64,000 nucleotides of DNA. Source: Dictyostelium discoideum. Lineage: Eukaryota. The position numbers and the translations under genes were made by a program. This document shows, in pieces, positions 14,744 to 31,873 of this stretch (position 1 is its first letter; each line of letters opens with the position of its first letter). Location of the stretch: positions 1,120,001 to 1,184,000 of the forward strand of contig CM000154.2 of NCBI GenBank assembly GCA_000004695.1, written 5' to 3'. Under the pieces are notes generated by a model. That model was not told where the DNA came from. It saw nothing but the letters and a program-made list of their open reading frames with translations, and did not search any database.

Positions 14744-15224
14744 TTATTTTTTAAGATATTTTGATAACAAATCGAAAATAGTTTTTTCAATAAAATGGCT
14801 CATTTCTGGAATATCTTGTGATATGCTATAACTAAGGAATGTTTGAACTTTAAATTTGATTACTTTTTTTATTTTTAAAAAATATCTAATTAGTATTGAA
14901 AAATAAAAATAAAAATAAAAAATAAATATAAAAATATTTACCAATTCTTTGAGATAGGGAATTTGAAGAATCATTCGATGTTATTGAATTTGATTCTAAT
15001 AAATGAGAGGTCACTGGTGATTTTTCAATTGGAATTTTCATTGAAACTGATAATGTTGAAAAGGTTGGACTATCTGATACCCAAATGAAAATTGGAGAAT
15101 CTTGTGATTTGAAAATATAAAACATAAAATAGATTCTTGTATCTTCAAAATTATCAATATGTTTTTCAATTCTAATATTTGGATCTATATTTTCTAAATC
15201 ATCTGTAATTCTTAAACTTTCCAT
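14744..15224 (-). CDS. Small hypothetical protein of about 128 aa. The two exons are 15224..14942 and 14847..14744.
   Basis: ORF 14886..15224 ends …SLSQRIG. It joins through donor GGTAAAT (14941-14936, phase 1) and acceptor AAATTTAAAG (14848-14849) to the in-frame tail [34 protein letters not shown], which is the end of ORF 14744..14974. The protein has no clear family. A weak resemblance to small beta-sandwich assembly chaperones such as PSMG3 is speculative. Confidence 0.45.
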
Positions 15225-15534
15225 CTTTTTCTTTTTTTTCTTTTTTCTTTTTTTTTCTTTTCCCCCTAAATGAAATTCAATTATTATTTTGAAATTTTTT
15301 TATTTTTTTTCTATTTTATTTTAATTAATTTTAACACATAATTTATGATTGGCAAAAAAAAAACCAAACAAAAAAAAAAAAAAATATTAAAATTAAAATT
15401 TATTTTTTTTTAATTTTTTTAATTTTTTTTTTGGAAAAAAAAAGTTTTTTTTTAAAAAACGTAAAAAAACTTTTTTTTTATTTTTTTTTTTATTTATTTT
15501 TTTTCATAGTCATAAAAAACAAAAAAAAGAGAAA

Positions 15535-16500
15535 ATGTCAGCTTTAGGTAGAAATCTTGGTAATTTTATTCAAACTTTTTCAAATAAAACTAGTTCAATT
15601 AAAACTGTTAATGGTTTAAAACGTGGACTTTTACCATGTTGTGGTTCAACCGTTAGACCAATTGCCAAAGATAATCATCACCAATCACCAGTCTTAAATG
15701 TAAACAGATCATCAATTTCAGGTATTAGAACTGAATTATTCAATAGCAATGGTTTAATTACTCAATTCCAAGTTAGACAATATTGCAGTGAATCAAAATT
15801 ACAAGTATCACCAACACCAAAAACTTTATTATCAGAAATTTGTCAAAGAGAAATCACTGATTTCAAAACCATCTTTGAAGATAACAATAACGAAGTCGAT
15901 AGTTTTTTAGAGGAATTTGGTTTCGAATTAACCAAAGAAGGTGACCAAGCATTATTAAAGAAAACTTTTGCCGATGGTACCAACATTGTCATTCGTTTTG
16001 AAACCTTGGAACAACCAATCGAAGAAGATTTCGATGAACAAGACGAAAACGATCAAAATGAACGTGACGAAGATGATGCTGAAGAACAAGAAGAAGACGA
16101 AGTCGAAGAAGAGGAAGAAGAACAACAAGAAGAAGAAGAAGGTGAAAATGATGAAGAATTAACTGAAGGAGCCGAAGAAGATTCCCACGAACACCCATTC
16201 GAAATTGAAGTCACACCAAAAGGTAACGCTTCCGGTAAACTCACTTTTGGTTGTTATGCTTCACACGACGGTAACTACACTGTCTCTGGTTTCTACAAAG
16301 GTGGTTTCGGTGAAACTGTAAACCCAGTCGATATTGGTGGAACTTCAATGGAATTCCAAGACAATATCTTATTAGTTTTACAACAATACGGTATCAATGA
16401 ACGTTTATCTTTCTTCATCCACGATTATGTCCACAACAAGAAAATCAATGATTACGTTGAATCATTCGAAGCCTTAAAAGATTTTGTTTCAAAAGAATAA
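15535..16500 (+). CDS. Mitochondrial acidic matrix protein of the MAM33 / p32 / C1QBP family.
   Basis: A single 321-aa ORF has a basic N-terminal presequence-like region (…NGLKRGLLPCCGSTVRPIAK…). The MAM33-type core includes …VDSFLEEFGFELTKEGDQALLKKTFADGTNIVIRF…, a long poly-acidic insert, and a C-terminal …YVHNKKINDYVESFEALKDFV. These are typical of the family. Confidence 0.85.
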   Translation: MSALGRNLGNFIQTFSNKTSSIKTVNGLKRGLLPCCGSTVRPIAKDNHHQSPVLNVNRSSISGIRTELFNSNGLITQFQVRQYCSESKLQVSPTPKTLLSEICQREITDFKTIFEDNNNEVDSFLEEFGFELTKEGDQALLKKTFADGTNIVIRFETLEQPIEEDFDEQDENDQNERDEDDAEEQEEDEVEEEEEEQQEEEEGENDEELTEGAEEDSHEHPFEIEVTPKGNASGKLTFGCYASHDGNYTVSGFYKGGFGETVNPVDIGGTSMEFQDNILLVLQQYGINERLSFFIHDYVHNKKINDYVESFEALKDFVSKE

Positions 16501-16854
16501 ATTAAATTTTAAATAAAAAAAATAAAAAAAAAAAAATAAAAAAAAAGATAATAAAAAAAAAAAAAAAAAAAAATTTTAAAATAATATTAAAAAAACCCAA
16601 TCAAATAATTTCCATTTTTTTATTATTATTATTATTTTTTTTATAATAAATATTTATATTGCTTTATTTGAAATTATTTCAACTTTTTACTTTATATACT
16701 TATTATAAATTTTTTTAATTATTTTTTTTTTTTTCCACTTTTTTTTTTTTTTTCTTATTTATTTTATTTTTTTTATTTTATTTTTTATTTTCTTTATTTT
16801 TTAAATTATTTGTTATTAATTTTTGATATATTTTGATATATTTGTTTCATTCTA

Positions 16855-17508
16855 ATGTCAGGGAAAATTAATTGTAGAGATATAAACAATAACCAAAACA
16901 ATAAAAAAAATAAAAATGAAAATGAATTTAAATTAATATATAATAGTATTAATTTATTAATGGAAAATTTTCAAAATCACAAAGAAGAAATTAAAAAATA
17001 CCAATTTCAAATTCAAAAATTGCAAGATCAATTATTAAAGAGTAAATAATTTTTTAATTATTATTTATTCAATTTTATTTTTTTTAATTATTATCTGTTT
17101 ATTTTATTTTTCTTTTTTTTTTTTTTTTTTTTTCACTTTTTTTTTTTTTTAATATTAATTAAATAAAAGAGGATATTATAATTGAAGAGTTAAATCAAAA
17201 GTATAATGAAGTTATTCAAAAAAAGTGGAAAACCGATTTTTATAGAGATCTATTGATTTGTTTTGAAGAGGAATTTATTACATTTTCAAAAGAAAAGAAA
17301 AGATTAAATTCAATTATTGGTGAACTTACATCGAAATCAACCAATTCACAAAATAGTCAACCCATTGTTAAAACAATTCCAGTACCATTTAATAGTAAAA
17401 GATCACAACCAAAAACATTTGAAATAAAAAATTCACAATCCCAATCAAAAACAAAACAACCTATTTCCGGTAATATTAATGGTATTGGTAAAACCATAAA
17501 TAATAATC

Positions 17509-17585
<77 letters not shown>

Positions 17586-17735
17586 AAACAAAAACAACAG
17601 CAACATCAACAACAATATTTTGATAAACAATTGGATATTGAAAAGGATATTGAAGAGTGCGAAGACAATGGTGATGATGATTTTGAAGATTATGAAGAGG
17701 GATTATTGAACCAAATAGGATTGGACTCAATGTAA
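16855..17735 (+). CDS. Hypothetical coiled-coil protein with a long polyQ tract and an acidic C-terminus. Exons are 16855..17041 and 17170..17735.
   Basis: ORF 16855..17049 joins ORF 17253..17735 through donor GTAAAT at 17042 and acceptor AAAAG at 17168-17169, phase 1. The junction reads …LLKSK|K|DIIIEELNQKYNEVIQKKWKTDFYRDLL…. I could not match it to a family. Confidence 0.45.
17509..17616 (+). repeat. (CAA)n array of about 36 units coding polyQ in the 16855..17735 gene.
   Basis: This is a direct read. Confidence 0.9.
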
Positions 17736-17827
17736 ATACAATAAAGTTTTTTTTTTTTTTTTTTTGAAATTTTAAATATACATTTTTTTGATTATCTTTA
17801 TTTAAATACAATGATGTACAATCTTTT

Positions 17828-17859
<32 letters not shown>

Positions 17860-17933
17860 TTTTTTTGATAATCTATTATTATTAATATTATTGAGATTTT
17901 TTTTATTATTATGTCATTATTATTGTTATTTTA

Positions 17934-18329
17934 TTAGGAAGATTGAGGTGCTGTAGTTTTTTGATTTCTTTGTTGATGAACTCTTGCTACTTTGTCATAA
18001 ATCTCTTTGAATGTTTTCTCACCAAATTCCTATAATTTTTAAAAAAAAAAAAATAAAAAAAAAAAAAATAAATTAGTTAGTGAAGTTGAATTTTAAATTT
18101 TAAATTAAAAATTAAACCATATACTTGAATATGGATAAAAAATATATATATATTGATATTTTACTTGAACGATTGGTTGTTGTAATTGTCCTTTAATGAT
18201 GAAATCTTCAATTGAGCAATATTCAGCTGAACTTTGGATTGTTCTATCTCTTGATCCTAAAATAACATATCCACCACTAACATAAACAAAGATATAATTT
18301 TCACCACCTTTTTTGAGCTCCCAAGCCAT
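17934..18329 (-). CDS. Small hypothetical protein of 86 aa. Exons are 18329..18165 and 18029..17934.
   Basis: Exon 1 reads MAWELKKGGENYIFVYVSGGYVILGSRDRTIQSSAEYCSIEDFIIKGQLQQPIVQ, followed by donor GTAAAA (18164-18159). The acceptor TTATAG (18030-18031), phase 0, leads to EFGEKTFKEIYDKVARVHQQRNQKTTAPQSS*. Biased codon usage suggests a real gene. I found no confident family assignment. Confidence 0.4.
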
Positions 18330-18465
18330 TTTATTTTATATATTTTATTTTATTTTAATTTTTATTTTATTTTAATTTCTTTTTAATATCCTTTTTTATT
18401 TTATTTTTTTCAATATCCTTTTTTATTTTTTTCTGATTTTACAATAAATAAATATCACCTAATTG

Positions 18466-18500
<35 letters not shown>

Positions 18501-18663
18501 CTCTTTCTCCCCTCTTTTTTGAATAATAATAAAAAAAAGGTACCTTTAAATTATAAATATTATTTTTTTTTTTTTTTTTTTTTTTTCCTAATTCCTTAAA
18601 AAAAAGTTTATAATCTACCAATACATGAAAATAATTAAAAAAAAAAAAAAAAAATTTTTTTTA

Positions 18664-18702
<39 letters not shown>

Positions 18703-19462
18703 GATTATTTTTATTTTTTTTATTTTTTATTTTTATTTTTTTTTTTAAAGTAAACATTTTTTTGATTATTTTTTGATTATTTTTTTTTATTTTTTTAATT
18801 TTTTATTTTTATCTTTTTTTTTAATTTCCTTAAATCTTTTAATTTTTTAATTTTTTTTTTTAATTTTTTTTATTTTATTTTATTATTTTTTTTTTTTTTG
18901 TATTAATGGTTTGATATATTTTGAAGATTAAAAAAAAAAAAAAAAATGAAAAAAAATAAAATTATTGAAAATCTATTTTTTTCTTTTTTTTTTTTTTTTA
19001 AGGGTTATAATTTTAATATTAGTTTTTTAGATTGACCAAAAAACCTGGATAATTTATCCGTTTGTGTCAAACCTTTTTCCAATTTATTTTTTTTCCGAAT
19101 CTTTCTAGTTTTTTTTTTTTTTTGAAACATTCTTTATAATGGCCATCATAAAGAATGTTTTTAATGGTCTTTTAAATAAAACATTTTTTTCAATTTTTTT
19201 AAAAAAAAAAAAAAAAAAAAAACTAACAAAGAAATAAGAAGATGGTTCAAGAAAATAATATTTTAACAAATTTTATTTTCAATTAACTCACCAAGTAAAT
19301 ATATAATAATTAAAAAAAAAAAAAAAAAAAAACTCCTAATGATTATTTTAAATATTTTTTCTATAAAAGTGATTGTGAAATAAAAAATATTATGGTATAC
19401 ATAAATTTATTTATTTAAATAATTGTTTCTTTTTTTTTATTATTTATTTTTTTAAAAAGTTA

Positions 19463-20026
19463 TTAATTCAATCCATGGCCAGATTGTCCAGGAATAAAGT
19501 GACCAGTTTGACCAGAGTTTGAACCAGATCCTGAAGTACCAGAACCAGATGATGAATAACCAGTACCAGTTGAATCACGTGAACTTGAACTTGAGCTATC
19601 ACGAGATGTAGATGAATGTGAACCATGTTGTCTTAATTCATTTTGAGTATTACAAAAACCCCAAGAATCCTTACATAAACCATTATTGTAAGAATCCCAT
19701 CCATTGAAACCAAATTCAAGGTAAACCATTTCAGCACATTGAGTATTTAATTTGATATCGGCTAAATCAATCTCACTATTACAAATTGATTTACAAACTG
19801 TATTGCAATGCTCTTTTTTCAAATTCCAAAGACCAATTGAATCAGATTTTGGATTGATTGCTTCGTTATATGCAATACACATCATTTCATCAACAATGGT
19901 TTCGTCGAAATATTCTTTAACTAAACTTTGAATTTTATCACATGGTGAAAATACTAATGCGTTTGTTAAACTTAAACATAATGCTGATGCAATTGTAATT
20001 GTTGAAATTAAATTTGAAACTTTCAT
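19463..20026 (-). CDS. Secreted Cys-rich protein with a Ser-rich C-terminal tail. It is possibly an amoeba (Aly-type) lysozyme-like protein.
   Basis: The 187-aa ORF has a signal peptide (MKVSNLISTITIASALCLSLTNA), an 11-Cys domain, and a Ser/Gly-rich tail (SHSSTSRDSSSSSSRDSTGTGYSSSGSGTSGSGSNSG…). This organisation resembles, from memory, Dictyostelium Aly lysozymes. The family call is tentative. Confidence 0.55.
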   Translation of the reverse strand: MKVSNLISTITIASALCLSLTNALVFSPCDKIQSLVKEYFDETIVDEMMCIAYNEAINPKSDSIGLWNLKKEHCNTVCKSICNSEIDLADIKLNTQCAEMVYLEFGFNGWDSYNNGLCKDSWGFCNTQNELRQHGSHSSTSRDSSSSSSRDSTGTGYSSSGSGTSGSGSNSGQTGHFIPGQSGHGLN

Positions 20027-20453
20027 TTTGTCAAAATTTATTATTATTATTGTTTTTATTTTATTTTTTGTTTTTATTTGATTAATTAAAAAAAAAAAAA
20101 AAACAATCTTTAAATAGACCCAATTACATCATCAAAAAAAAAAAAATAATTAAAAATAAAAATTTAAAAAAAAATAATTAAAAAAATCTTCAAGATTTTT
20201 TTAAAAAAATATCCAATTCTATTTTTTTGATTTGAAACATCAATTCGAGAAATAAAAAAATATCTGCTATTTTAAAAATAATTTTAAATTTATTCGAGAG
20301 CCACTATTAATAATTGTTTTTCCTATTCGAGAGGTAAATCAATTATTAAAGTATTTATTAATTTTAAAAATAAAACTAAAATTAAATAAAGTTATTTTGA
20401 AATTTCTTTTTACTTTTTATTGCATATATAAAAAAAATCCCAAACCTGGAAAT

Positions 20454-20494
<41 letters not shown>

Positions 20495-21267
20495 TCTTTT
20501 TTTTTTTAAAATAAATTGATTTTTTTTCTTTTTTTTTATTAAACTCTTTTTTTTTTTTTTTTTTTTTTTTTTTGCAGAAAATTTATTATTAAAAAGAAAT
20601 AATTCAATAAAACAAGTAAAAAAGAAAAAAAAATTATGATCTATTTTTTATTTGTTTGTGAGTGACTTTTGGAAATTTTTTTATTTTTGTGGCGAAGTTG
20701 ATCGGGAAAAAAAAAAAAAAAATTAAAAAAAAAAATAAAAATAAAAAAAAAAAAAAATATACCGAAGTTAGTGGCGTTTTACCAAAATCCGTTTTAAAAA
20801 AAAAATTAAATAAAAATAAAAATAATTAAAAAAAAAAAATTTGTCCTTCACCTCTTGGTTGCATATTTTTTCTATTATTATTTTTTTTTTTTTTTTTTTT
20901 TTTTTTTAGCTCTACGGAGATTCACAGAGTTAAAACATTTTTACAAAAATAATTTAATTTCACCACCCACACACACAATTTAAATATTTTTTTATTTTTT
21001 TATTTATTTTTTTTTTTCTCGCAATTTAAATAAAATTTTTACTTTATTTTATTTTTCTTTAAGTTCACACCATAAAATTTAAATCTATTATAATAAATTA
21101 TTGTAAATAAATAATAATAATAAAAAAAAAAACATAAGTTCAAAAAAAAAATATAAAATAAAAAAATAAAAAAAAATCGAAAGGTCGTCATCGTAAAAAG
21201 TTTTTTTTTTTTAATTTCACAACTTACATATATTAAACGAAAATAATAAATAAAAATAAAAATAAAA

Positions 21268-24200
21268 ATGACAATTCAACAATTTTATAGAAAACCAGCA
21301 ATTTCAGAATATGAAATTAAATTATTAAAAAATAATTTAAAGAAACAACATAATATTGATATTGAATCAATTGAAACTGAATATTGTTTCAATGTTCAAT
21401 ATCCCGATAATCATAAATTAAATGAATCGGAGCAATCAACATTGGTATGGTTATTATCAGAAACCTTTGAGCCAAAGAATTTCTCAATTGATAAATCATT
21501 TTTAAAAACCACTACCACCACCACCGAAAATGAAATTATAATTGAAGTTGGACCACGTATGAATTTCACAACTACCTATTCATCAAATGCAACATCGATT
21601 TGTAAATCATGTAATCTTTCAATAATTGATAGAATTGAACGTTCCAGACGTTATTTAGTTAAATCAGTATCGAAATTATCAGAGAAACAAATTGACCAAT
21701 TTTTAGAACTAATTCATGATAGAATGACAGAATGTCTTTATCCAACACCAATTAAATCCTTTGATACTGGCATCATTCCAAAAGCAGTGGTTTACATTCC
21801 AGTTGTTGAAGAAGGTCGTGCCGCTTTGGAGAGAGTAAACAAAGAGATGGGTTTAGCATTTGATGAACAAGATTTAGCATTATATACCGATTTATTCCAA
21901 AATCAATTAAAACGTAATCCTAGTGATGTAGAATGTTTTGATATTGGTCAATCAAACTCTGAACATAGTCGTCATTGGTTCTTTAATGGTAAATTAATTG
22001 TTGATGGTAATATGTCTGATAAAACTTTATTTCAAATTGTTAAAAATACTTTAAAAGCAAATCCTCAAAATTCTTTAATTGCATTTTCTGATAATTCTTC
22101 AAGTATAAAGTAATTATTAAATAATTTAATTTAATTTTTATTATTAATATATTAATATTTTTAATTTTATTTTATTAAAAAAAAAAAAAAAAAGAGGATT
22201 TAAAACAAAAGTTTTAATTCCAAAATCACAAATTGAAGCAAGTGAATATTTAGAAGGTGAAAGAGAACAACCAATTATTTTTACAGCAGAAACACATAAT
22301 TTTCCAACTGGTATTGCACCATTTGAAGGTGCAGAGACAGGTACTGGTGGTAGATTAAGAGATACACATGCAACTGGTAGAGGTTCATTGGTTGTTGCAG
22401 GTACAGTTGGTTATTGTGTTGGTAATTTAAATATTCCAGGTTATGAATTACCATGGGAGAATAAAGAATACAATTATCCAGATAATATGGCAAATCCATT
22501 AAAGATTGAAATTGAAGCATCCAATGGTGCCTCTGATTATGGTAATAAATTTGGTGAACCTGTCATCATTGGTTTCACTCGTTCCTATGGTAATACACTT
22601 CCAAATGGTGAAAGAAGAGAATGGATTAAACCAATTATGTTCTCTGGTGGTATTGGATTTATGGATGAACGTCATCTTAAAAAGGAACAACCAGAGATTG
22701 GTATGGTGGTAGTTAAAGCAGGTGGTCCAGCCTATCGTATTGGTATGGGTGGTGGTTCAGCCTCGTCAATGGTTGGTGGTGATAATAAACATGAATTGGA
22801 TTTTTCAGCTGTTCAAAGAGGTGATGCTGAAATGGGCCAAAAGTTAAATAGAATCGTTAGATCCTGTGTAGAATCTGAAATTCATGGTGGTTGTAATCCA
22901 ATAGTTAGTGTCCACGATCAAGGTGCCGGTGGTGCAGGTAATGTTCTCAAGGAGATTGTCGATCCATTGGGCGCAAAGATTTATTTAGATCGTATCATCT
23001 CTGGTGATCCAACTTTATCGGCTATGGAAATTTGGGGCGCAGAATATCAAGAGAATGACGCACTCCTCATCAAGGCTGAGCATAAAGATTATTTAAAGAA
23101 AGTATCAGAAAGAGAAAGATTACCAATTGCATTCGTTGGTGATGTCACTGGTGATGGTATCGCTCAGTTGATTACAAAAGATGGTGAAACTCCAGTTAAT
23201 TTACCATTGGATAAAGTTTTACAAAAGATGCCACCAAAAACCTTTGTATTGGATCATGTTGAGAAACAATTGAAACCATTCACACTTCCAAAGGAATTGT
23301 TGGTTGGAGATCATCAAACATGTTTTAATGAATGTTTAAACAGAGTATTGAGATTATTATCAGTTGGTTCAAAACGTTTCTTAATCAATAAAGTCGATAG
23401 AGCAGTAACAGGCTTAGTTGCAAGACAACAATGTGTTGGTCCATTACATACACCAGTTTCAAATGTTGCTGTGATTAGCAGTGGTTACTTTGGCAAGAGT
23501 GGCGCTGCAACATCCATTGGTGAACAACCAATCAAAGGTTTCATCTCTGCAAAATCAATGGCTTATTTAACCGTCGGTGAAGCATTAACCAATTTAATGT
23601 GGGCAAGTATCACTGATTTGGGCGATGTTAAATGCTCAGGTAATTGGATGTGGGCTGCCAAATTAAAGGGTGAAGGTGTTGAACTTTATGATGCCGCCAT
23701 TGAAATGCATGACGTTATGGTTGAATTGGGTATTGCCATCGATGGTGGTAAGGATTCATTATCTATGGCTGCAAAAGCACCAAAATCAGATGGTTCACAA
23801 GAATTGGTAAAGGCACCAGGTGCATTGGTAGTTTCAACCTATGTACCATGCGATGATATCACATTGACCGTTACACCAGATCTTAAATTATCATCAAAAG
23901 ATGATAGTGTAATCCTCTATTTAGATTTAGGTTGTGCTAATAATTTCATTGGTGGTAGTGCATTAACCCAAGTTTTCAATCAAGTTGGTAATGATGAACC
24001 ACATCATAATACTCCATTATTAAAGAATACCTTTATGGCAATTCAAAAATTAGTTAAACAACAATTAATTTCAGCAGGTCATGATAGAAGTGACGGTGGT
24101 TTAATTACTACTTTAATTGAAATGTCTTTATCAGGTAATAGAGGTTTAGAAATTAATTTACCAGATACCCATAATTCCGATCAATCACCATTATCAATCA

Positions 24201-25420
24201 TTAAATTATTATTCTCAGAGGAATTAGGTGCAGTTTTAGAAATTAAAAAATCAAATCAACAAATTGTTTTAGATATTTTAAAACAATTTAATGTACCAAC
24301 TCAAGTTATTGGTAATACATCATGTAATAATAATAATAATAATAATAATAATGGTAGTGATGAGGATTTGTTTATTGTTAAAGTTGGTGATAAATTAATT
24401 TATAATATAAAATTATCACAATTATCAAAACAATGGGAAGAAACAAGTTATCAATTAGAATTACTTCAAGCTAATCCAACATTTGTCGAGAGTGAAATGA
24501 AGAACCTTTTAAAGAGAGCAACAGGTAAAGGTAAAGGTCCAAATTATAATATGACCTATAAGATATCACCAATTAGTAAAGAGTTGGCTTTGTTAGCTAA
24601 TAAGGCTCCAAAGGTTGCAGTGATTAGAGAGGAGGGTAGCAATGGTGATAGAGAGATGGCAGCAGCATTCCATTTTGCAGGTTTCCAAGCATTCGATGTA
24701 ACAATGTCTGATCTTTTAAATGGTAACATTCAATTGGATGAAAGATTTAAAGGTGTTGCATTCGTTGGTGGTTTCTCATATGGCGATGTCATGGATTCAG
24801 CTAAAGGTTGGGCAGGCTCAATTCGTTTCAATCAACAAGTTTCAAAACAATTTGATCATTTCTATGGTAGAAACGATACTTTTTCATTGGGTCTTTGCAA
24901 TGGTTGCCAATTGATGGCTTTGCTTGGCTGGGTGCCATATAGAGGTATTGAACAAACTCATCAACCTCGTTTCATTCATAACGCATCCGGTCGTTTCGAA
25001 TCTCGTTGGGTCAATGTTAAAATTATGCCATCACCTGCATTACTCTTGAAAGGTATGGAAGGCTCAGTACTTGGTGTTTGGTCTCAACATGGTGAAGGTC
25101 GTTTCTGGAGTGAAGATCAATCAATTGTCAATGATATCAAAGCTAACAATCTCTCACCAATTCGTTATGTCGATGATGATGGTGAAATCACTGAATCCTA
25201 TCCATTCAATCCATCTGGTACTCAAGAGGGTTTCGCTTCCTTATGCTCAAAAGATGGTAGACATTTAGCAATTATGCCACATCCAGAACGTTCTTTCCTC
25301 TCTTGGCAATGGCCATTCATGCCTGAAAATATTAAACAAAATGTTGGTGGTTTAGATCAACCATCACCTTGGATTAAAATTTTCCAAAATGCTAAATCAT
25401 TTTGTGATTCTTTAAATTAA
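21268..25420 (+). CDS. purL: Phosphoribosylformylglycinamidine (FGAM) synthase, large eukaryotic PurL. Exons are 21268..22109 and 22195..25420.
   Basis: ORF 21268..22113 is the N-terminal domain. ORF 22388..25420 contains the FGAM synthetase and glutamine amidotransferase domains (…AETHNFPTGIAPFEGAETGTGGRLRD…, …GVCNGCQLMALLGW…HPERSF…). The frame of the second ORF stays open back to 22195. The junction uses donor AAAG|GTAATT at 22110 and acceptor at 22193-22194, phase 2. It reads …AFSDNSSSIK|GFKTKVLIPKSQIEASEY…, conserved with other PurL proteins. Confidence 0.9.
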
Positions 25421-25887
25421 TTTTTTTAAAAAAAAAACAAAAACAAACAAAAAAATAAATAAATAAATAAAAAATTTAAATAAATAAAATTATATTTTAT
25501 TTTATTTTTTTTAAAGAGTTAAATTTTTTTTTTTTTTTTTTTTTTTTTAATCTAATTTGGAATGAAATATTTAAATTATTTAAATCTAATTTTTTTTAAT
25601 TTTTTTTTTTTTTTTTGGATATTTCAGATATTGTTAAGAAGAATTGGTTAGTAGAAGATTTGAAAATAAATGGTTTCTTAATTTTTTTAACCAATATAAT
25701 TATATTTTTAAAAACAAATATTTCTGCTCTTTAACATTAATGTGCCAAAAAGTTAAATAAAGGAGATAATAAAAATAGATTCATTTTTTGATTTTATTTT
25801 TTCTTTTATTATTTTTTTTATTTTATAAAGATGATCATCCGACCTTTTTATTTAGTTAATCAAAAATAATATATAGTTGATTAATAT

Positions 25888-25918
<31 letters not shown>

Positions 25919-26227
25919 TTTCACTCAAAAGATTAATTCATACCTTATATAGAAAAAACATGATTGTTTTTTTTTTTTTTTTTATTAATAATTTTATTTT
26001 TAATTTATAATAATAGACACCAACCAACCACAAAATTCAAACATAACAAAAAAAAAAAAAAAAAATCCCTTAACTGGTTAAAAATTAAAATTATTATTAA
26101 AATTTAATTAAAAGACAAAAATTTTTTTTTTTTTCAAATAGATATATTTATTTTTAATTTAAAAAATATTTTTATGACGATGATGATAAAAGAAAGATGG
26201 TGTTGTTTGATGTTGTGTTTTTTTCTT

Positions 26228-26264
<37 letters not shown>

Positions 26265-27206
26265 AATGGAAATAAGTTACATTTTTTGAAAAAAAAAAAA
26301 AAAAAAAAAAATTAAAAAAAAAAAAAAAAAAAATTGTTTTTCTTTATTTGTATATAATTTAATAACCACAAGGTGGGAGATTTAGTTATGTTAAATATTC
26401 ATTTAATTTTTTTTTTATTTTTTTAATTTTATTTTTATTTTTTTTTTCTATTTTTTTCTTTTTTTTTTTTTTTTTATTTTTTTTTATTTTGTTTTTCCCA
26501 CACCACTACCACAATTATAATGAAATTATTATTATTTAATGTGATACAAACGCAGAAAAACTTTCACTCACTCACTCTCACCAACCCACAATATATACAT
26601 ATATATACATTAATTATTCAATTTGTTTAAAATTTATTTATTATTATTATTATTATTATTAATTTATTTTTATTTTTATTTTTTATTTTTTATTATTATT
26701 ATTATTTTTATTATTTTTTTTTTTAATTTTTTAAATAATTTATTAAACACACCCAAAAAAAAAAAAAAAAAACTCTTCAACACCAACCCTCATTTTTTTT
26801 TTTTTTTATTTTTTTTTTGAAAATATTCAATCAAAATCAATATTCTATATACTAGTATATTAGTACTACTACCTACTGTTACAACTAATACTAATAAAAA
26901 TAAAAATAAAAAATATAATATAATTTTTTTAAATAAAAATAAGTTAAATAAAATAAAATAAAATAAAATAAAATAAAATAAAATAATAAAATAAAAAAAT
27001 AAAAAAATAAAAAAATAGAAACGTAGCAATATTTATTTTTTAATTTTGTTATTATTTTTTTATTTTATTTTTTATTTCAACTTTTTGGATTAGATTGATT
27101 ATATGTTTTTATGTATACCACATTAATAACATATATATACCATATAAAAATAATTTTAAATTTTTTTTTTTTTTTAATTAAAATAAAAATTAATATAAAA
27201 CAAAAA

Positions 27207-27244
<38 letters not shown>

Positions 27245-27359
27245 TAATAATATACAAATAAAAATAAATTCATTTTGCTTCAACAAAAAATAAAAAAAAA
27301 ATAAAAAATAGTTCTTAAAAATCTCGATACATTTATTAAAAACTATTTTAAAGTATAAA

Positions 27360-31873
<4,514 letters not shown>

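Noticed and set aside
26169-26225. Short GC-containing ORF atgacgatgatgataaaagaaagatggtgttgtttgatgttgtg (MTMMIKERWCCLMLC)
   Set aside because: It is too short. No downstream exon could be found in frame with a donor site. It is more likely a promoter-region sequence element upstream of the kinase gene.
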